A stretch of 58,067 nucleotides of DNA from a virus (lineage: Duplodnaviria > Caudoviricetes). The translations under genes were made by a program, and so were the position numbers. Position 1 is the first letter of the stretch. Each line of letters begins with the position of its first letter. The notes under the pieces are model-generated. The model was not told where the DNA came from, ran no database searches, and saw only the letters and a program-made list of their open reading frames with translations. Where the stretch lies: positions 1-58,067 of IMG/VR virus record IMGVR_UViG_3300031452_000007, one strand, 5' to 3'. Positions 45,317-55,419 of the stretch are shown one piece after another.

Positions 45317-45430
45317 CTGTCCTGGTGTATGCTAGACGTGAGCCGGGCGGCGCCTCAGCGGAGGCAGGCCGGCCTGTCTGGCGGGCTACCAGACAGGCTG
45401 TGCGCTTCTCGCCGCCCGCGCCCGTACCGG

Positions 45431-45667
45431 TTAGTCTTCCTCTCGCTCCTTCATCCGAATCCAATACCTGTGATACAAATACCGCACCCGCTGCGGTGAC
45501 ACGCCCACCGTCGGCGCGATGGCCGCGAACGTCTGTCCCTCCTCGTCATGCCGCCGCACGATCTCCCGGTCGCGTGCGTCCGGCTGCCACGCCTGCCGGA
45601 TGGCGAGCGCGCGCGACAAGCGATCGGGCCGGGTGGTCATGCGCTCCAGGATCTCCGGCCGGCTCAT
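45431..45667 (-). CDS. small HTH protein (sigma70 region 4-like)
   Basis: RDREIV...GQTFAAIA...GVSPQRVR. Confidence 0.65.
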   Translation of the reverse strand: MSRPEILERMTTRPDRLSRALAIRQAWQPDARDREIVRRHDEEGQTFAAIAPTVGVSPQRVRYLYHRYWIRMKEREED

Positions 45668-45830
45668 GGCCCCCACTCCTCACACTCCGGCGTCCCCAGA
45701 CAGTCAAGGCCCGGCCGTTGGCCGCTCACACGCGTACACACAGCAACCTGGAGCCACACGCGGTTACGACCATCATTGACGTACCAGCGTTCCCAGTGGC
45801 CGCCCTGGCGTCGTCGCCACCATCGTCCGA

Positions 45831-46070
45831 TCACTGGCCATGTCTCGCGATCGCGGCGTTTGCCCAAAAGACGGCTGTCTCTAACTCCGTCAGCGCCACG
45901 CTCTGCTCACGGCTGGCCGGCGTTAGCGCGGCGATCAGCAGCGCCAACTCTTTGGCCTTCTCGCGGAGCTGCGTGTACTTTTCCGGTTGTCCGGGCTTGG
46001 GCGCGTGGTACTGAAAGTTGTGGGCGATCTGTGCCGTCTTGTCCATCGCCACCGTTGTGTCTTTGCTCAT
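45831..46070 (-). CDS. Acb2/Tad1-like hairpin protein, putative immune-signal sponge
   Basis: NFQYHAP...SREQSVALTELETAVFWANAAIAR helical hairpin signature. Confidence 0.7.
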   Translation of the reverse strand: MSKDTTVAMDKTAQIAHNFQYHAPKPGQPEKYTQLREKAKELALLIAALTPASREQSVALTELETAVFWANAAIARHGQ

Positions 46071-46378
46071 CAAAACACCCCCTCCTCATCACTCTCATCA
46101 TCCACATCCACAATACCGCTAACCTCGGTATGCCGCCGCGCCAGACGCTGCGCCCGCTCCGCGTCATAGAGCGCCAGTCTCTCGGCGTCGCGCCTTGCCG
46201 CCTCGACCCGTTCCCGCTCCTCATCCTCCGTCAGGCGCGCCACCACGACATCGCGCAGCAGCATCAGCACATCGCTCGGTGAGTCGCCCTCGTCGATACG
46301 GGCGCTCGCGGCCATGGCACGATTCCCATAACTCCCATCGGACATTTTGCGTTCGTAATGCACCTGTTCGATCTGCAC
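46070..46378 (-). CDS. hypothetical protein
   Basis: Coupled ORF in the early operon. Confidence 0.55.
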   Translation of the reverse strand: MQIEQVHYERKMSDGSYGNRAMAASARIDEGDSPSDVLMLLRDVVVARLTEDEERERVEAARRDAERLALYDAERAQRLARRHTEVSGIVDVDDESDEEGVF

Positions 46379-46382
46379 TGCT

Positions 46383-46826
46383 CTATTCTCCTATCGTGAT
46401 AATCGCGGGGTTCGGGACCTCAGGCAGGTCCAACACATAGCGCGCGGCATTACACGCCCAGCCCCACATGAAGCCGGTGATACCCTCCACGGCGGCGTTG
46501 TAGCCCGCAGGGTCCATCTCCTCAAACAACTCAACCCACCCCTTTCGCGCGATCGTGGGATGCCCCTCGACGACGTGATCCCAATCGTACACTGTGTCCA
46601 CAGGCGCCCTGGCTATCTCGGGATGGGCGCGCAGCGTCGTCAGGATGAACTTGGCGGTAAAGAGCGCCATGTCGTTGTAGTCCGCCGGCGGCGTCGAGAC
46701 CGCCATAATCGCGCGCTCCATCTCCTCCCGGCTCATGCCCTCCTCTTTGGTCGGCGCGGGTTCGCCACCTAGGATCGTGTCTAGCGCCCGTTTCGCCCCA
46801 ATGCCCTGCTGTGCTCCATCGCTCAT
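46383..46826 (-). CDS. conserved phage hypothetical protein
   Basis: GITGFMWGWACNAARY...NPAI segment; GGAG RBS. Confidence 0.6.
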   Translation of the reverse strand: MSDGAQQGIGAKRALDTILGGEPAPTKEEGMSREEMERAIMAVSTPPADYNDMALFTAKFILTTLRAHPEIARAPVDTVYDWDHVVEGHPTIARKGWVELFEEMDPAGYNAAVEGITGFMWGWACNAARYVLDLPEVPNPAIITIGE

Positions 46827-47389
46827 CGTCTCTCTCCTTCTCCACTCACGCGCTCTTGGCACGTCGTGCTTTGTCCACAGATTTATCCACAATTGACGCC
46901 TCGACCGGCACAAGGCCGCCGGCGTAGATCCGCGCGGCCTCTGTGAAGCCGCAAAACACAAAATCATCGTGGCGCTGGCGAAACTCCCCTGGCCGATCGT
47001 ACACTTTGGTCCAGGTCCCGGTCGTCACGTCGAGCGCCCACAGGCCACGCTCCTCGTGCAGCCGGTCGATGTGCCACTGCGCGGGCCGCTCGATGATCAT
47101 AACGCCCCCTCGTCTGCTGCTGGCCGCTCTGGCACGTCCACGCCGACATAGTGAACGTGTGGCTCCCCGCTGATCGTCCTCGTGTCCTCACGCCGCCACA
47201 GGCTCACCAGCGTCAGCGTGGCGCCCGTCCGCAACGCGTGCGTAAACTGGCCGGAGGCGACGGCCAGGCGGTAGGCCGCTTCGGCGTCGGCGTGCGTGGC
47301 GAAGGGCCACGTCTGTTCGGTGGCGTTCTCGCCTCCGCTGAGGCCGCAATGGACGATCCACGGCGGCGGGTTCGTGCGGCTCACGGTGA

Positions 47390-47737
47390 TCATGTGTCCC
47401 CCTCTGTCCCCCTGTCGTCGGCCCAGTTGTACGAGATCCACGTCGGCTCCACGCACGCTACGAGCAGCCGCGCGTCTACGTCCATGCCGGCGGCGTCCTC
47501 ATCCGTCGAGGCCCCACACGTCGCGCACAGGCGATACCAGATGTACGACGGGAGGCCGGGTTCGTTGCTCACACCGTCGTCTACGTCAATAATGATCGTG
47601 CGCACCAGCCGCAGCTCGTGGCCCCCGGCGGCGATCAGGGCGTCCAGGGCGGCACGCCCTCCGCTGAGGGTGATCGACTGGCCCAGTGGGGCCGACTCAG
47701 GCGATGCCGTGATTGGTGGGTGTGTCTGCGTGGTCAT
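47390..47737 (-). CDS. hypothetical protein
   Basis: CxxC; coupled to neighbours. Confidence 0.5.
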   Translation of the reverse strand: MTTQTHPPITASPESAPLGQSITLSGGRAALDALIAAGGHELRLVRTIIIDVDDGVSNEPGLPSYIWYRLCATCGASTDEDAAGMDVDARLLVACVEPTWISYNWADDRGTEGDT

Positions 47738-48705
47738 GCGAACATCTCCTCTCGCCGGCGCGCGGCCAGACGCTCATAGCGGGCGCGTGGGCTCTGATCT
47801 AGCACCGCCGATTGTGCCGTCGGGGCCAGCGCCGCAAGCGGACGGCCTCCGCTGTGTCCGCTGACACGGCGGCGCGCCAGGAGCCGGACCTGGCGGCGGT
47901 TGCGTAGCTGCTCCCGTATGCGGTCACGCAGCGCCCTGACCGTGCGGGCCTCCGGATCGTCACGCCAGCCGTAGCGCACGCGCCTGGCCATCTTCGTCAC
48001 GATGATGCGCACCCTTTTGAGGGTGAGGCCATACTCCTCGGCGATCTCGGGCTCCGGGTGGCGATCGCGCGCGTGCCGCCACAGGTGCGCCGAGATGTAG
48101 ATCGCCGCCTGACGCGCTGCTTTCGTGTCGGGGTCCGCCGCGGCCAGGGGGTCGCGCAGCACCTCGGGGTCGGGCACGCTGTACTCTGTGGCCACCAGCC
48201 GGCGCACCTGGCGCCGTAGTCGGGCGCGTGTCCGGATCTCCCGGTCCTGCCGCGCGCGACGTCGGATGGCTACGGCCTCGGGTGTGCCATGCGTCGCGGC
48301 GTACCGGCGCGCTCCTGCCGCGAGGATCTCGTCTTTGTGGGCCTCGTAGCGCGCCATGTTTTGTGTTCCGACGATATGGCTATTCAACCGCCAGTAGGCG
48401 CGCTTCCACTCTCGCTGATCGTCCCGGTGCGCGTCCCGCCACTGCTGCCCGTAGGCCAGGCGCGTGTCACGATGCGCGGCCGCGTAGACCGCGCGCGATT
48501 GCCGCTCTTGCTCCATGTTGGACAGGTAGATCCGCGCGCGCGTGTCCGGAGCGTCGCGGATCTCGCAGGCCAGGCAGCGCAGCGGGCGTCGTGTGCCCCG
48601 ATAGAGCAACCGGAAATCCGTGAGCGCGACGTGGCCACCGCAGCCGGGACAGGGATAGCGGCGCTCCGGGTCGGCGTCCTCGATCCAGACCATGGGGACG
48701 GCCAT
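47734..48705 (-). CDS. zinc-finger, Arg-rich protein with C-terminal HTH
   Basis: CPGC...CLAC; EIAEEYGLTLKRVR. Confidence 0.55.
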   Translation of the reverse strand: MAVPMVWIEDADPERRYPCPGCGGHVALTDFRLLYRGTRRPLRCLACEIRDAPDTRARIYLSNMEQERQSRAVYAAAHRDTRLAYGQQWRDAHRDDQREWKRAYWRLNSHIVGTQNMARYEAHKDEILAAGARRYAATHGTPEAVAIRRRARQDREIRTRARLRRQVRRLVATEYSVPDPEVLRDPLAAADPDTKAARQAAIYISAHLWRHARDRHPEPEIAEEYGLTLKRVRIIVTKMARRVRYGWRDDPEARTVRALRDRIREQLRNRRQVRLLARRRVSGHSGGRPLAALAPTAQSAVLDQSPRARYERLAARRREEMFA

Positions 48706-49205
48706 TATGACACTCTCCCCTCTCCCAAGCGCCAGCCTGGCGTTGACACACGCATCCCGTCGAGCGTCGAGAGGCCGTCCTGCCAGTTCGTCGCGTAGCG
48801 CCCGGCCAGGTGCGTGATCGTCCCGCCCAACGTCGCGGCGATCAGCGCGGCGGCCGCACGTCGATGACAGGCGCGCCAGTCGCGGCAGCCGCAGAGCAGG
48901 ATGACCGGCCGCGCCGCCAGGTAGGGCGCGATCTCACGGACGCCCTCCTCAGGGGCGGCGAGTTGGATAGGGCCGTCCGTCAGATAGTTGACGTTGCCGA
49001 GCTCGCCGATATGCCGATAGCGTGGCCGCCCGTGCGCGGTCATACCCATTACCTCGTAGAGCATGTGCCCGCGCCACTGGGGGACACGCGAACGGGGGCT
49101 AAAGCGGATGTCTATCAGGTAGGCGTCCAACTCTTTGACGTAGGCCGCGAGGTCCGCTGGCGTACTGGATGTGTAGCCATACGTGTACACCGCGTTAGGC
49201 GACAT
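48705..49205 (-). CDS. DUF488-like protein
   Basis: YTYGY, LIDIR..P.SR, ELGN and LLC......CHR motifs. Confidence 0.75.
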   Translation of the reverse strand: MSPNAVYTYGYTSSTPADLAAYVKELDAYLIDIRFSPRSRVPQWRGHMLYEVMGMTAHGRPRYRHIGELGNVNYLTDGPIQLAAPEEGVREIAPYLAARPVILLCGCRDWRACHRRAAAALIAATLGGTITHLAGRYATNWQDGLSTLDGMRVSTPGWRLGEGRVS

Positions 49206-49454
49206 GGCTCGTCTCCTCTCGCTCTGGGTTCACCACGGCCACGTCAACCCGGACAACGGCCGGCGCGGCGAGCCATCGCTCGAACGCCGTCCGGCAGTCC
49301 AAGCACAGGTCATAGTCGCGTTTCTTGAACCGCGTCGTTTCGCCTCCCGCCGCGCCCTCACGTCCGCTCGGTTCCTGCCACTCCGTCTTGAGCTCGAAGA
49401 CGTCGACCTGGCCGCGCATGTGCGCCCCACAGCGGTCGCAACACCACGAGCGGC

Positions 49455-49991
49455 TCATGACGGCCTCCCCGCCTCGGTGAACCCGGAGACCCAATAGTTC
49501 TTGATCCCGCCGGCGCAGGTGTCGCACAACCGGGCGCGGGCCACCAGGTGGCCCGCGCCCCCCAGCAACGCCGCCTTGCATTGCACACACACACCGGGTC
49601 CACGCAGGGGTGACTCTTGCTCACCCGCGACTCCATGCTCCCGGAGCCACACCGCAGATCGGTCACGCCAGTAGCAACCGGCGTCGATGTCGGGATGCGC
49701 CATGATCAGCCGAATGATGGTCCACTGGTCGTAGCAGCCCAACTCCTCACACTGCCCGGCGACGCCGGCGGCGACGATCTCGCCGTGCGTGCTGTTGCTC
49801 ACATAGACGAGCGTGTGGTCGTGCAGGTCGTGCAGAATATTGTCGACCTTCACCGCCGTCTCACGCCGGTCCAGGTCGGGACGGAAGCCCAGCTTCTGGT
49901 CGCAGTCGGCGCAGCGCCAGCCATCCTCGTTCGTCGCCGCATACCAGAAGACGGTGGCGTGAGCGCAGCGTTCATTGTTTATGGTAGACAT
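49455..49991 (-). CDS. Cys-rich hypothetical protein
   Basis: Several CxxC pairs; GGAG RBS. Confidence 0.55.
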   Translation of the reverse strand: MSTINNERCAHATVFWYAATNEDGWRCADCDQKLGFRPDLDRRETAVKVDNILHDLHDHTLVYVSNSTHGEIVAAGVAGQCEELGCYDQWTIIRLIMAHPDIDAGCYWRDRSAVWLREHGVAGEQESPLRGPGVCVQCKAALLGGAGHLVARARLCDTCAGGIKNYWVSGFTEAGRPS

Positions 49992-52218
49992 TGCTCAACT
50001 CCTCCATCGCCAGTCGTCGTGATACAGCGGCGGGGCGCTCCCGGCACATCTTGCAGGTGTACCCGTGTTCGGTCAGCCGTCCACAGCCGCCGTAGCAGGG
50101 CTTTTTGAAGGTGTCCGAGGTCAACGGACGCAGGTCCCAGTCAGGCGCGGCGCTCTTTTCAGCGTTGACATTCACCCTGTTAGTACCCTCTACGGAGGGG
50201 TCATCTGATTCAAAGTTGACATTCAACTTTGAATCGCTGGTCGTCGTCTGCTCGCGCTCGCGGCACTCATCGCAGCACCACTCAGCCGCCAGGATGAAGG
50301 ACCCACAGCCTGCGCGGCACATGATCCGTCCCGTCGCCTCAACGGAGGCTGGCCGCTGATTGTCACGAATGATACGCTGGGCGTCGCGTAGCGCCTGGTC
50401 ACGTTCCCTGGCGGCGATCTCGGCTTGCGCGCGCGCGTTGTCACGCTCGTAGGTGGCGGCGCGGTATTCGTAGACGACTTTCTCCCGGTCCTGGCGCACC
50501 TCCGCGACCTCACGTTTCAGCGCGCGTACCACATGCAGGGTCGGCTTCTCCTCCTCGATGGCGCGCTCAAGCCGCTCTTGACGGCTCTCTATCGCCTTGA
50601 TCTGCTGCTCAGTCGGGGCGATCTCGGTCAGCGTCGGCAACCGCCCCCACAACTCATTGACGGCGGGGCCATTGAGCCCCCAGGCGTAGTACCAGTCCTT
50701 GCCCCGTGACCGCGCGTCCCTGTCCGCCGCGGCTTCGGCGCCGGGCCTGGAAGCCGCGGCGGTTTTCATGACCTGTTTTCTGGCGACGAGACCAAGGCCA
50801 AGCAGGATGTCGCGCCCCTCTTTGTACGCGCTCATGCCCAATCCGTGGGCACGGACATCCTGCTCTTCCGCGTATTGGCTGCATGGCATCTCGTCGGGCA
50901 AGCGCGCGCCGACCACCTGACCGGCCCGCTTGTGCATATGGACGAGGACCATTTTTGCCTTCTGTGGGAGGACCGGATTGGTGAACAGATGCTCCCAGGC
51001 TTTGACTTGCGCCCAACAGTCGGCGAGGCGCGCCAGCAGCCAGGACAAGACACGTGGTTGCAGCGGTATGACGCCGCCACCGAGGCCACTCACAGGGTCG
51101 GTGGGGTGCTCTGGCCCCCCATCCGGCCCGCTCTCATTGTGTGGTCCGTCGCCATCGTCGTCGGCTGGCCGGTAGCGCTCCTCAGTAAAGGTGTGCCCGG
51201 CGATCACAAGGTCGTCCGGGCCTTTGGCGACGTCAGGCGACCAGACGGCAATCCGCACCGCGTACAATCCGCGGTGGGTGGCGAAGCGCGCCAATCGCTG
51301 CCGCGCGCGTTCGACGGCCGCGATCGCGGCCGGCTTGGTGTCACGATCGAACGCGATCAGGCAGGTGGTCAGGGCGCCATCGGCCTCCGCCATCTCCTCC
51401 AGCGCGGTCTCGGCGACCGCCACCGTGCCGACGCCGGCGATGCCGATGAACGGATAGCCGAGCCGGCTGGCGAGGACATCGGCTTTCTTGATGCCCTCGA
51501 CGACGCCGACCATGTGACGCCGCGTGGGGTCGGGCGTCAGCGGCCGGGCGATGTGCGCCGACGCGCCGCAGCTCGGGCCGTCGTAGCGCGTCGAGGAGGC
51601 CCACAGGTAGCGTTGGTTGGCGTCCGGGTTGTCACTGCGGATGTGCACGCCGGTGATCCGTCCGGCGAGGTCGCGCCGCGGCATCAAGATGCCGCTATCG
51701 ACCACGAAGCGGATGTCGCCCTGCTCCGTACGGTGGAAGCCCGGTGTGCCCAGGAGCGGGCCGGTCCCGTGCGTGTCGATGAGCCGATGCAGGAGCGCGC
51801 GGCGTCCGCTGGCATCGCGCCGCATGGACCCATAGCGGTCCGCCTCCTGGTCGGTCAAGCCGTGCGCGGGACCGGTGAGCAGCGCGCGGTGCGTGGGCGA
51901 GAGGGGACACCAGGCGAGCAGATCGGCGTAGACAGCGTGCTGGATCTCAGGCGCCGCGGCCGGGATGGACGGTGGCGCTGGTGTGCGCGGTGTCTGCTGA
52001 CAGGACGCACCTGACCTCTGGTCGCGCGTGTGATGGAGGTAGCCGCCCAGGTAGTGGTCGGTCCACTGGTGCGGCTCACCGATGTCTTTGCAAAACACGG
52101 CGCCATCGTCGAAGCGGAGACAGTACCGCGTGCCTCCGCACAGCGCACACGGCGTGCGCCGACTCACCCGTTGGTCGGGCGTGACGTGATCGCGTGATGG
52201 ATCGAACGGGGTGTTCAT
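49972..52218 (-). CDS. replication protein: Zn finger + TOPRIM (DUF3854-like) primase + coiled coil
   Basis: PCALCG...C, VEGIKKAD, IAFDRD and KGPDD motifs; ATGA coupling at 52218. Confidence 0.75.
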   Translation of the reverse strand: MNTPFDPSRDHVTPDQRVSRRTPCALCGGTRYCLRFDDGAVFCKDIGEPHQWTDHYLGGYLHHTRDQRSGASCQQTPRTPAPPSIPAAAPEIQHAVYADLLAWCPLSPTHRALLTGPAHGLTDQEADRYGSMRRDASGRRALLHRLIDTHGTGPLLGTPGFHRTEQGDIRFVVDSGILMPRRDLAGRITGVHIRSDNPDANQRYLWASSTRYDGPSCGASAHIARPLTPDPTRRHMVGVVEGIKKADVLASRLGYPFIGIAGVGTVAVAETALEEMAEADGALTTCLIAFDRDTKPAAIAAVERARQRLARFATHRGLYAVRIAVWSPDVAKGPDDLVIAGHTFTEERYRPADDDGDGPHNESGPDGGPEHPTDPVSGLGGGVIPLQPRVLSWLLARLADCWAQVKAWEHLFTNPVLPQKAKMVLVHMHKRAGQVVGARLPDEMPCSQYAEEQDVRAHGLGMSAYKEGRDILLGLGLVARKQVMKTAAASRPGAEAAADRDARSRGKDWYYAWGLNGPAVNELWGRLPTLTEIAPTEQQIKAIESRQERLERAIEEEKPTLHVVRALKREVAEVRQDREKVVYEYRAATYERDNARAQAEIAARERDQALRDAQRIIRDNQRPASVEATGRIMCRAGCGSFILAAEWCCDECREREQTTTSDSKLNVNFESDDPSVEGTNRVNVNAEKSAAPDWDLRPLTSDTFKKPCYGGCGRLTEHGYTCKMCRERPAAVSRRLAMEELSNVYHKQ

Positions 52219-52724
52219 CGCAACCATGATGTCCACCTTTCCTCGTTCAGGAGCGACTGTTCTGTGAGCGCCGCCAGGATCTCCGCTGTCGGGATGACGT
52301 GCGACCAGTACAACGCGTAGGGCGGCACGAGACCGTCTAACGCATGCGGCTGAAGGCTCCACGCCAGCCCCTGGAGCAGCAGGTCGCGCAGGTCACGCTG
52401 GAGGGCATCGTGCAGCCGCGGTGTTGTCCAGCCGGGCAGAGGCAACGGACACACGACGATCGCCGGGTCGGTCGGGATCGCGCGCGCCCATATCACGCCG
52501 GCGTCGCGCGCCAGCACGGCGTACGCGCTGGCTGCCTCATGGTCGATATCCTGGAGAAAATAAGGCAGCTTGCGCGTCGTGAGCGCGTTGGGCGTGAGCG
52601 ACACGTCCGCGATCGCGGCGAGCAACGCTGGAGGGAGAAACGTATCATCACGGACAAATCGCGCATTTTCTGTGTGATGAGGCACATTTTCGGGCGTGTT
52701 ACCCTGTGCATCATGTATAATCAT
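52215..52724 (-). CDS. hypothetical protein
   Basis: Coupled to the replication gene. Confidence 0.55.
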   Translation of the reverse strand: MIIHDAQGNTPENVPHHTENARFVRDDTFLPPALLAAIADVSLTPNALTTRKLPYFLQDIDHEAASAYAVLARDAGVIWARAIPTDPAIVVCPLPLPGWTTPRLHDALQRDLRDLLLQGLAWSLQPHALDGLVPPYALYWSHVIPTAEILAALTEQSLLNEERWTSWLR

Positions 52725-52745
52725 GATGTGACGGTTTCCTTTCTC

Positions 52746-52782
52746 GGGGCCGGGACGCGTCCAGCTCGCGCGTCCCGGCCCC
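52746..52782 (-). terminator. hairpin
   Basis: GGGGCCGGGACGCG / CGCGTCCCGGCCCC 14 bp stem after the stop at 52787. Confidence 0.55.
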
Positions 52783-53317
52783 TCGTCTACTCAGTTGATA
52801 ATGACGGCATCCCCTGCCGCTGCTGAATGGCCTCCATCAGTCGCGCCGCTTCCATGCGACAATGGTCCCGTATCTCGCGCTCACCCCAGTCCCGGCGCAG
52901 GACCTCCATCGCTTGGAGGTGCGTCCAGCGCGCCAGGATGCGGCCAGACACCGCCCAGCCGTCGCCGTGCGCCATGGCATAGGAGAGGGCCTCAGCGAGG
53001 TCGTCACGCGCCTGGTCGAGCCGCTCCCGGTACGTCGTCTGTTGGTCAGTGGACATGGACATGCGCCAGCCAGCCGACGGCGACGCCTCCAAGCAGCCAG
53101 AGCAGTGAGCTATAAAGAGCCGCGCACAGGGCCACGATGAGCAGCGCCAACACGATGTTGACGATGACCCGCGTGCGGCTGCGTCTGAGCAGAGCCCGCC
53201 GCAACCGGAACCGGCGCCGGTAGGGTGACGAGTGGCGGCGCACGGGGCGGCTCGTGCCCGCGGGGAACGGGATGGGGCGGTGGTCGGGATGCAGGTACAG
53301 GGGACGTTTGACGGTGC

Positions 53318-53548
53318 TCATGCGCTCACCTCGTCGCCGATCAATAGAGCATCAACGGCCTGCTGACGCACCGCCAGGTACTCCTGGTAGCGCGCGTGGC
53401 TCTCGCCCGGCTGGGCGTTGAGCCAGGCCTGCCAGGCGCGTGTCACAGCGAAACGCAATGGACGCGGGACCATAAACCAATGCGTTTCGCACATCAAGAT
53501 GTGTGTCGGCGTGTCGATCGCGCACCCAGGAGCAGCACACTTTTTCAT
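53318..53548 (-). CDS. small Cys/His phage protein
   Basis: CAAPGC...MCETHWFMVP. Confidence 0.6.
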   Translation of the reverse strand: MKKCAAPGCAIDTPTHILMCETHWFMVPRPLRFAVTRAWQAWLNAQPGESHARYQEYLAVRQQAVDALLIGDEVSA

Positions 53549-54816
53549 CGTGCACCTGCTCCCGCCGTGGCCGGCTGCCGGCTGGTGGTCCCGTTCGACG
53601 CGACCCAGCCGCGCATGGCCCGCACGCGGCGGGTGAGCGCCACAACCGCGTCGTACTGGTCGACCGTGAGGTCGAGGTTTGTCCGCATCTCCCCCGCGTC
53701 GATCTCGACCTGGGCCATACTTCCCGCTGATGTGGCCGTGAACACGCGTCGGGCCAGCGTCACGCAGGCGCGCAGTTGCCGCGCGAGGTCCTCGGTGAGG
53801 ACGAACGCATCGACGCTCAGGCCGATCTCAGCGGCGATCCCGTCGATATCCTTCTCGGTTGCCGCCGCGAGAGCGTTGAGGACGTCCGGCTCGGTCCAGG
53901 GCTCCCCGAGCGGTGAGGCGGTGTCAGCGGACACGGGTTCCGGTTCCGTGAGCGCAGGCGCGTGACGCCTGGCGCGGTTCTGGAGCCAGGTCAGCGTCTT
54001 GTCCAGTTCCTCCGCAGTCATGGCGTCAGCGGCCTTGGGCAGCTTGGCCTTCGCATCAGGGTCGGCGGCCAGCGCGGCCGCGACCGCGGCGCGTTGGCGG
54101 GCAAGCTGCAAGCGCACGATCAGCTGCTCTTTCCAGGTGACGGACGCCGGGGCCGTGCCGGTGAGGACCCAGGCATACTTTTTGCCCAGCGCGACCAGAT
54201 CAGCGCGTTCCGTGGGCGGCGGCTCGTTGAGCGCCGCGCATAGCTCCGTGATGCGCGCGTTGAGGCGCAGCACCTGCTGGGGATCGTCCTCGGCGGTCTG
54301 AGGCGGCGCCTTAACGGCAGGTGATGCCGGGCGTGCCGAAGCGCTGCCAGTAGGCGCGGACACCGGCGGCGTCGAGGGCGCGGGGGTCGCTGACGCCACG
54401 GCCGGCGAGCCAGCCGAAGAGGTCGCCGACCGCGATTGGTTTGGGCGGGGCGCCGCTTTCGCGGGTTGTGCGGGGCTGTCAGCCAGGCGCTCGCCCTCAT
54501 CGAGTTCGAGCGCGTAGGCTGTGCCATACCCGAGCGCGGCGAGCGCGCGTCCGATCGCGCCAGTCTCGGCCTTCTCCAAAGCGCCGGCCGGGAAGTCGCG
54601 CTCGGTCTCCTGCTTGTGGCCGGTCGCGTGCCCGCCGTTCGGCACGGTCACGACGGCGCGGACAACCCACATCTTGTCTTGTTCGTGATAGCGCACCAGT
54701 TCCGTGGTGATCGTGCCCTCGGGGTGCTCCTCGCGGAACCACAGTAAGCGTGCTTGCACCGGGAGGTACTGTTTGCCTTTCAAGTTCATCAGATACGGAG
54801 AGGGGTCGAAGGCCAT
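53545..54816 (-). CDS. single-strand annealing protein (Rad52/Sak-like) with long C-terminal extension
   Basis: YLPVQARLLWFR, ATGH and EKAETGAIGRALAALGYG motifs. Confidence 0.7.
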   Translation of the reverse strand: MAFDPSPYLMNLKGKQYLPVQARLLWFREEHPEGTITTELVRYHEQDKMWVVRAVVTVPNGGHATGHKQETERDFPAGALEKAETGAIGRALAALGYGTAYALELDEGERLADSPAQPAKAAPRPNQSRSATSSAGSPAVASATPAPSTPPVSAPTGSASARPASPAVKAPPQTAEDDPQQVLRLNARITELCAALNEPPPTERADLVALGKKYAWVLTGTAPASVTWKEQLIVRLQLARQRAAVAAALAADPDAKAKLPKAADAMTAEELDKTLTWLQNRARRHAPALTEPEPVSADTASPLGEPWTEPDVLNALAAATEKDIDGIAAEIGLSVDAFVLTEDLARQLRACVTLARRVFTATSAGSMAQVEIDAGEMRTNLDLTVDQYDAVVALTRRVRAMRGWVASNGTTSRQPATAGAGAR

Positions 54817-55301
54817 TAGAGCACCGCCCCGCACAACTCATCGACCGCCTGGCTGGCCCGGCTGGCTGTTTGGACGCAATAGCCGCGGCCCCAGATCGTC
54901 ACCTGACAGTGGATGCCGCCTGGTACGGCCGGCGCTCCACACACCACGCAGCGTGCCAGCTCGGCCGTCGCCGTCAGCGAGACGCCCGCCTGCTCCCGCT
55001 CGTAATCCTCGACATCCCTGATATGGCAGCAGGCGCGGAGGTCGTGGCCAACTGGGTAGTTGTCACGACCCTGGAAGCAAAAACTCTCACAAGAGCAGGT
55101 CTCAGCGCTCATATCGACCTCGTGCGTGAGATCAGCCCGGCTCGCGGAGCGCACGGCATAGACGCGCGGCCGGTTGCCGGTGGATCTGATCAGCGGCCGT
55201 GTCCAGTGGGGCAGCGCCTCCTGGGGTAAGCGGATCGGCGGGTGCTCTGCGGCGGTCGTTGCCGCCGTGTGGCCTAAAAATGGGGTCGTTTGGGTATGCA
55301 T
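54816..55301 (-). CDS. SWIM zinc-finger protein
   Basis: YAVRSAS...CSC...CCHI plus a C-terminal CxxC. Confidence 0.6.
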   Translation of the reverse strand: MHTQTTPFLGHTAATTAAEHPPIRLPQEALPHWTRPLIRSTGNRPRVYAVRSASRADLTHEVDMSAETCSCESFCFQGRDNYPVGHDLRACCHIRDVEDYEREQAGVSLTATAELARCVVCGAPAVPGGIHCQVTIWGRGYCVQTASRASQAVDELCGAVL

Positions 55302-55419
55302 CGCTAGACTCCTAAACGGGGTAGGCGCTACACTGAAGTAGCTCAGATGTTTGGCTATATCGGGCTAACGGGCTGTTGCCGTGTTCTTGTCGGGACGGGC
55401 AACGGCCTTTTTGCGTGCA

